A stretch of DNA of 25,107 nucleotides, from IMG/VR virus record IMGVR_UViG_3300025277_000142, positions 1 through 25,107 of that record; one strand, written 5' to 3'. This document shows positions 24,633 to 25,107 of this stretch, piece after piece. The stretch comes from a virus (lineage: Duplodnaviria; Caudoviricetes). Each line of letters opens with the position of its first letter. Positions within the stretch are counted from its first letter, which is position 1. Under the pieces are notes generated by a model. It had not been told where the DNA came from, did no database searches, and saw only the letters and a list, made by a program, of their open reading frames with translations. Both the position numbers and the translations under genes were made by a program.

Positions 24633-25034
24633 CTATTCCGGGATTAAAGCTAATAGTTCCAATTTAGTGTTACCACTACTGTAGCTAATACTCTCCTGAT
24701 CCAGATAGGCTTTAATCTCATCCACTGTGTTGTCATCTGTAGGTTTCTCTAGTGGTACTGGGAAGTTAGCCCAATGAGCGGTTGCCACATTAGCACTATC
24801 ACCCAGCAGTTCAGCAGCCCTGGCCTCATCACGTAGACCGATCACACCACGCCAGTTACCGACATGACTCTTGGTAGTAACAGGTGGGATCTCCACCTCG
24901 TTACCGTCCTCGTCTAGTCCAGTCTCGCCACTGATGGTCTTTTCATAATAGGTGCCTTTTTTAACCTGAATGGCACCCGATTCAAGGCACTCGATTGCAT
25001 CGATTTGTTCTATTTCAGTTATTGTTGTTGCCAT
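24633..25034 (-). CDS. Tail-fibre-associated protein with C-terminal HeH/LEM/SAP-like motif
   Basis: IDAIECLESGAIQVK resembles small proteins that follow phage fibre genes; C-terminal NTVDEIKAYLDQESISYSSGNTKLELLALI; AAGGGG SD. Confidence 0.55.
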   Translation of the reverse strand: MATTITEIEQIDAIECLESGAIQVKKGTYYEKTISGETGLDEDGNEVEIPPVTTKSHVGNWRGVIGLRDEARAAELLGDSANVATAHWANFPVPLEKPTDDNTVDEIKAYLDQESISYSSGNTKLELLALIPE

Positions 25035-25049
25035 AATTTATGCCCCTTG

Positions 25050-25107
25050 TTAAGCCTGGTAGGTATGAGAAAGTTGAATATACGGAGTACCTACAATCTG
25101 ACTAACG
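25050..25107 (-). CDS. 3' end of an upstream gene, possibly a tail fibre (partial)
   Basis: ...VSQIVGTPYIQLSHTYQA*; the terminal beta-strand ending in TYx resembles fibre tip domains. Only 18 codons are visible. Confidence 0.4.
   Translation of the reverse strand, partial: VSQIVGTPYIQLSHTYQA

Overview
A 25 kb segment of a tailed dsDNA phage (or prophage) genome with essentially all protein genes on the minus strand. Read right to left: the end of a probable tail-fibre gene and an accessory gene, TerS, TerL, portal, scaffold, major capsid, head-tail adaptor, a 26-aa tandem-repeat protein, two paralogous beta-rich virion proteins, a nozzle-like protein, and three probable ejection proteins. 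This layout is podovirus-like, with no tape measure or sheath gene seen. Next come a cluster of small membrane proteins, a strong terminator, and an early/regulatory region with sigma70-like promoters, an HTH regulator, many small ORFs and a partial SPPY-type DNA methyltransferase. Four features stand out. (1) The 1455-aa ejection protein carries an inserted cassette of two ADP-ribosyltransferase-like domains, a GNAT domain and a ParB/Srx domain joined by P/T linkers. (2) A ~460-bp locus (1288-1752) holds two short plus-strand promoter-terminator units (candidate antisense sRNAs) flanking a perfect 14-6-14 recombinase-site-like palindrome. (3) A candidate +1 frameshift at CCT-TAG may fuse the repeat protein to the next virion protein. 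(4) An unannotated half receiver domain lies in frame behind a membrane protein's stop codon. All product calls rest on motif recognition and synteny; no database searches were run.
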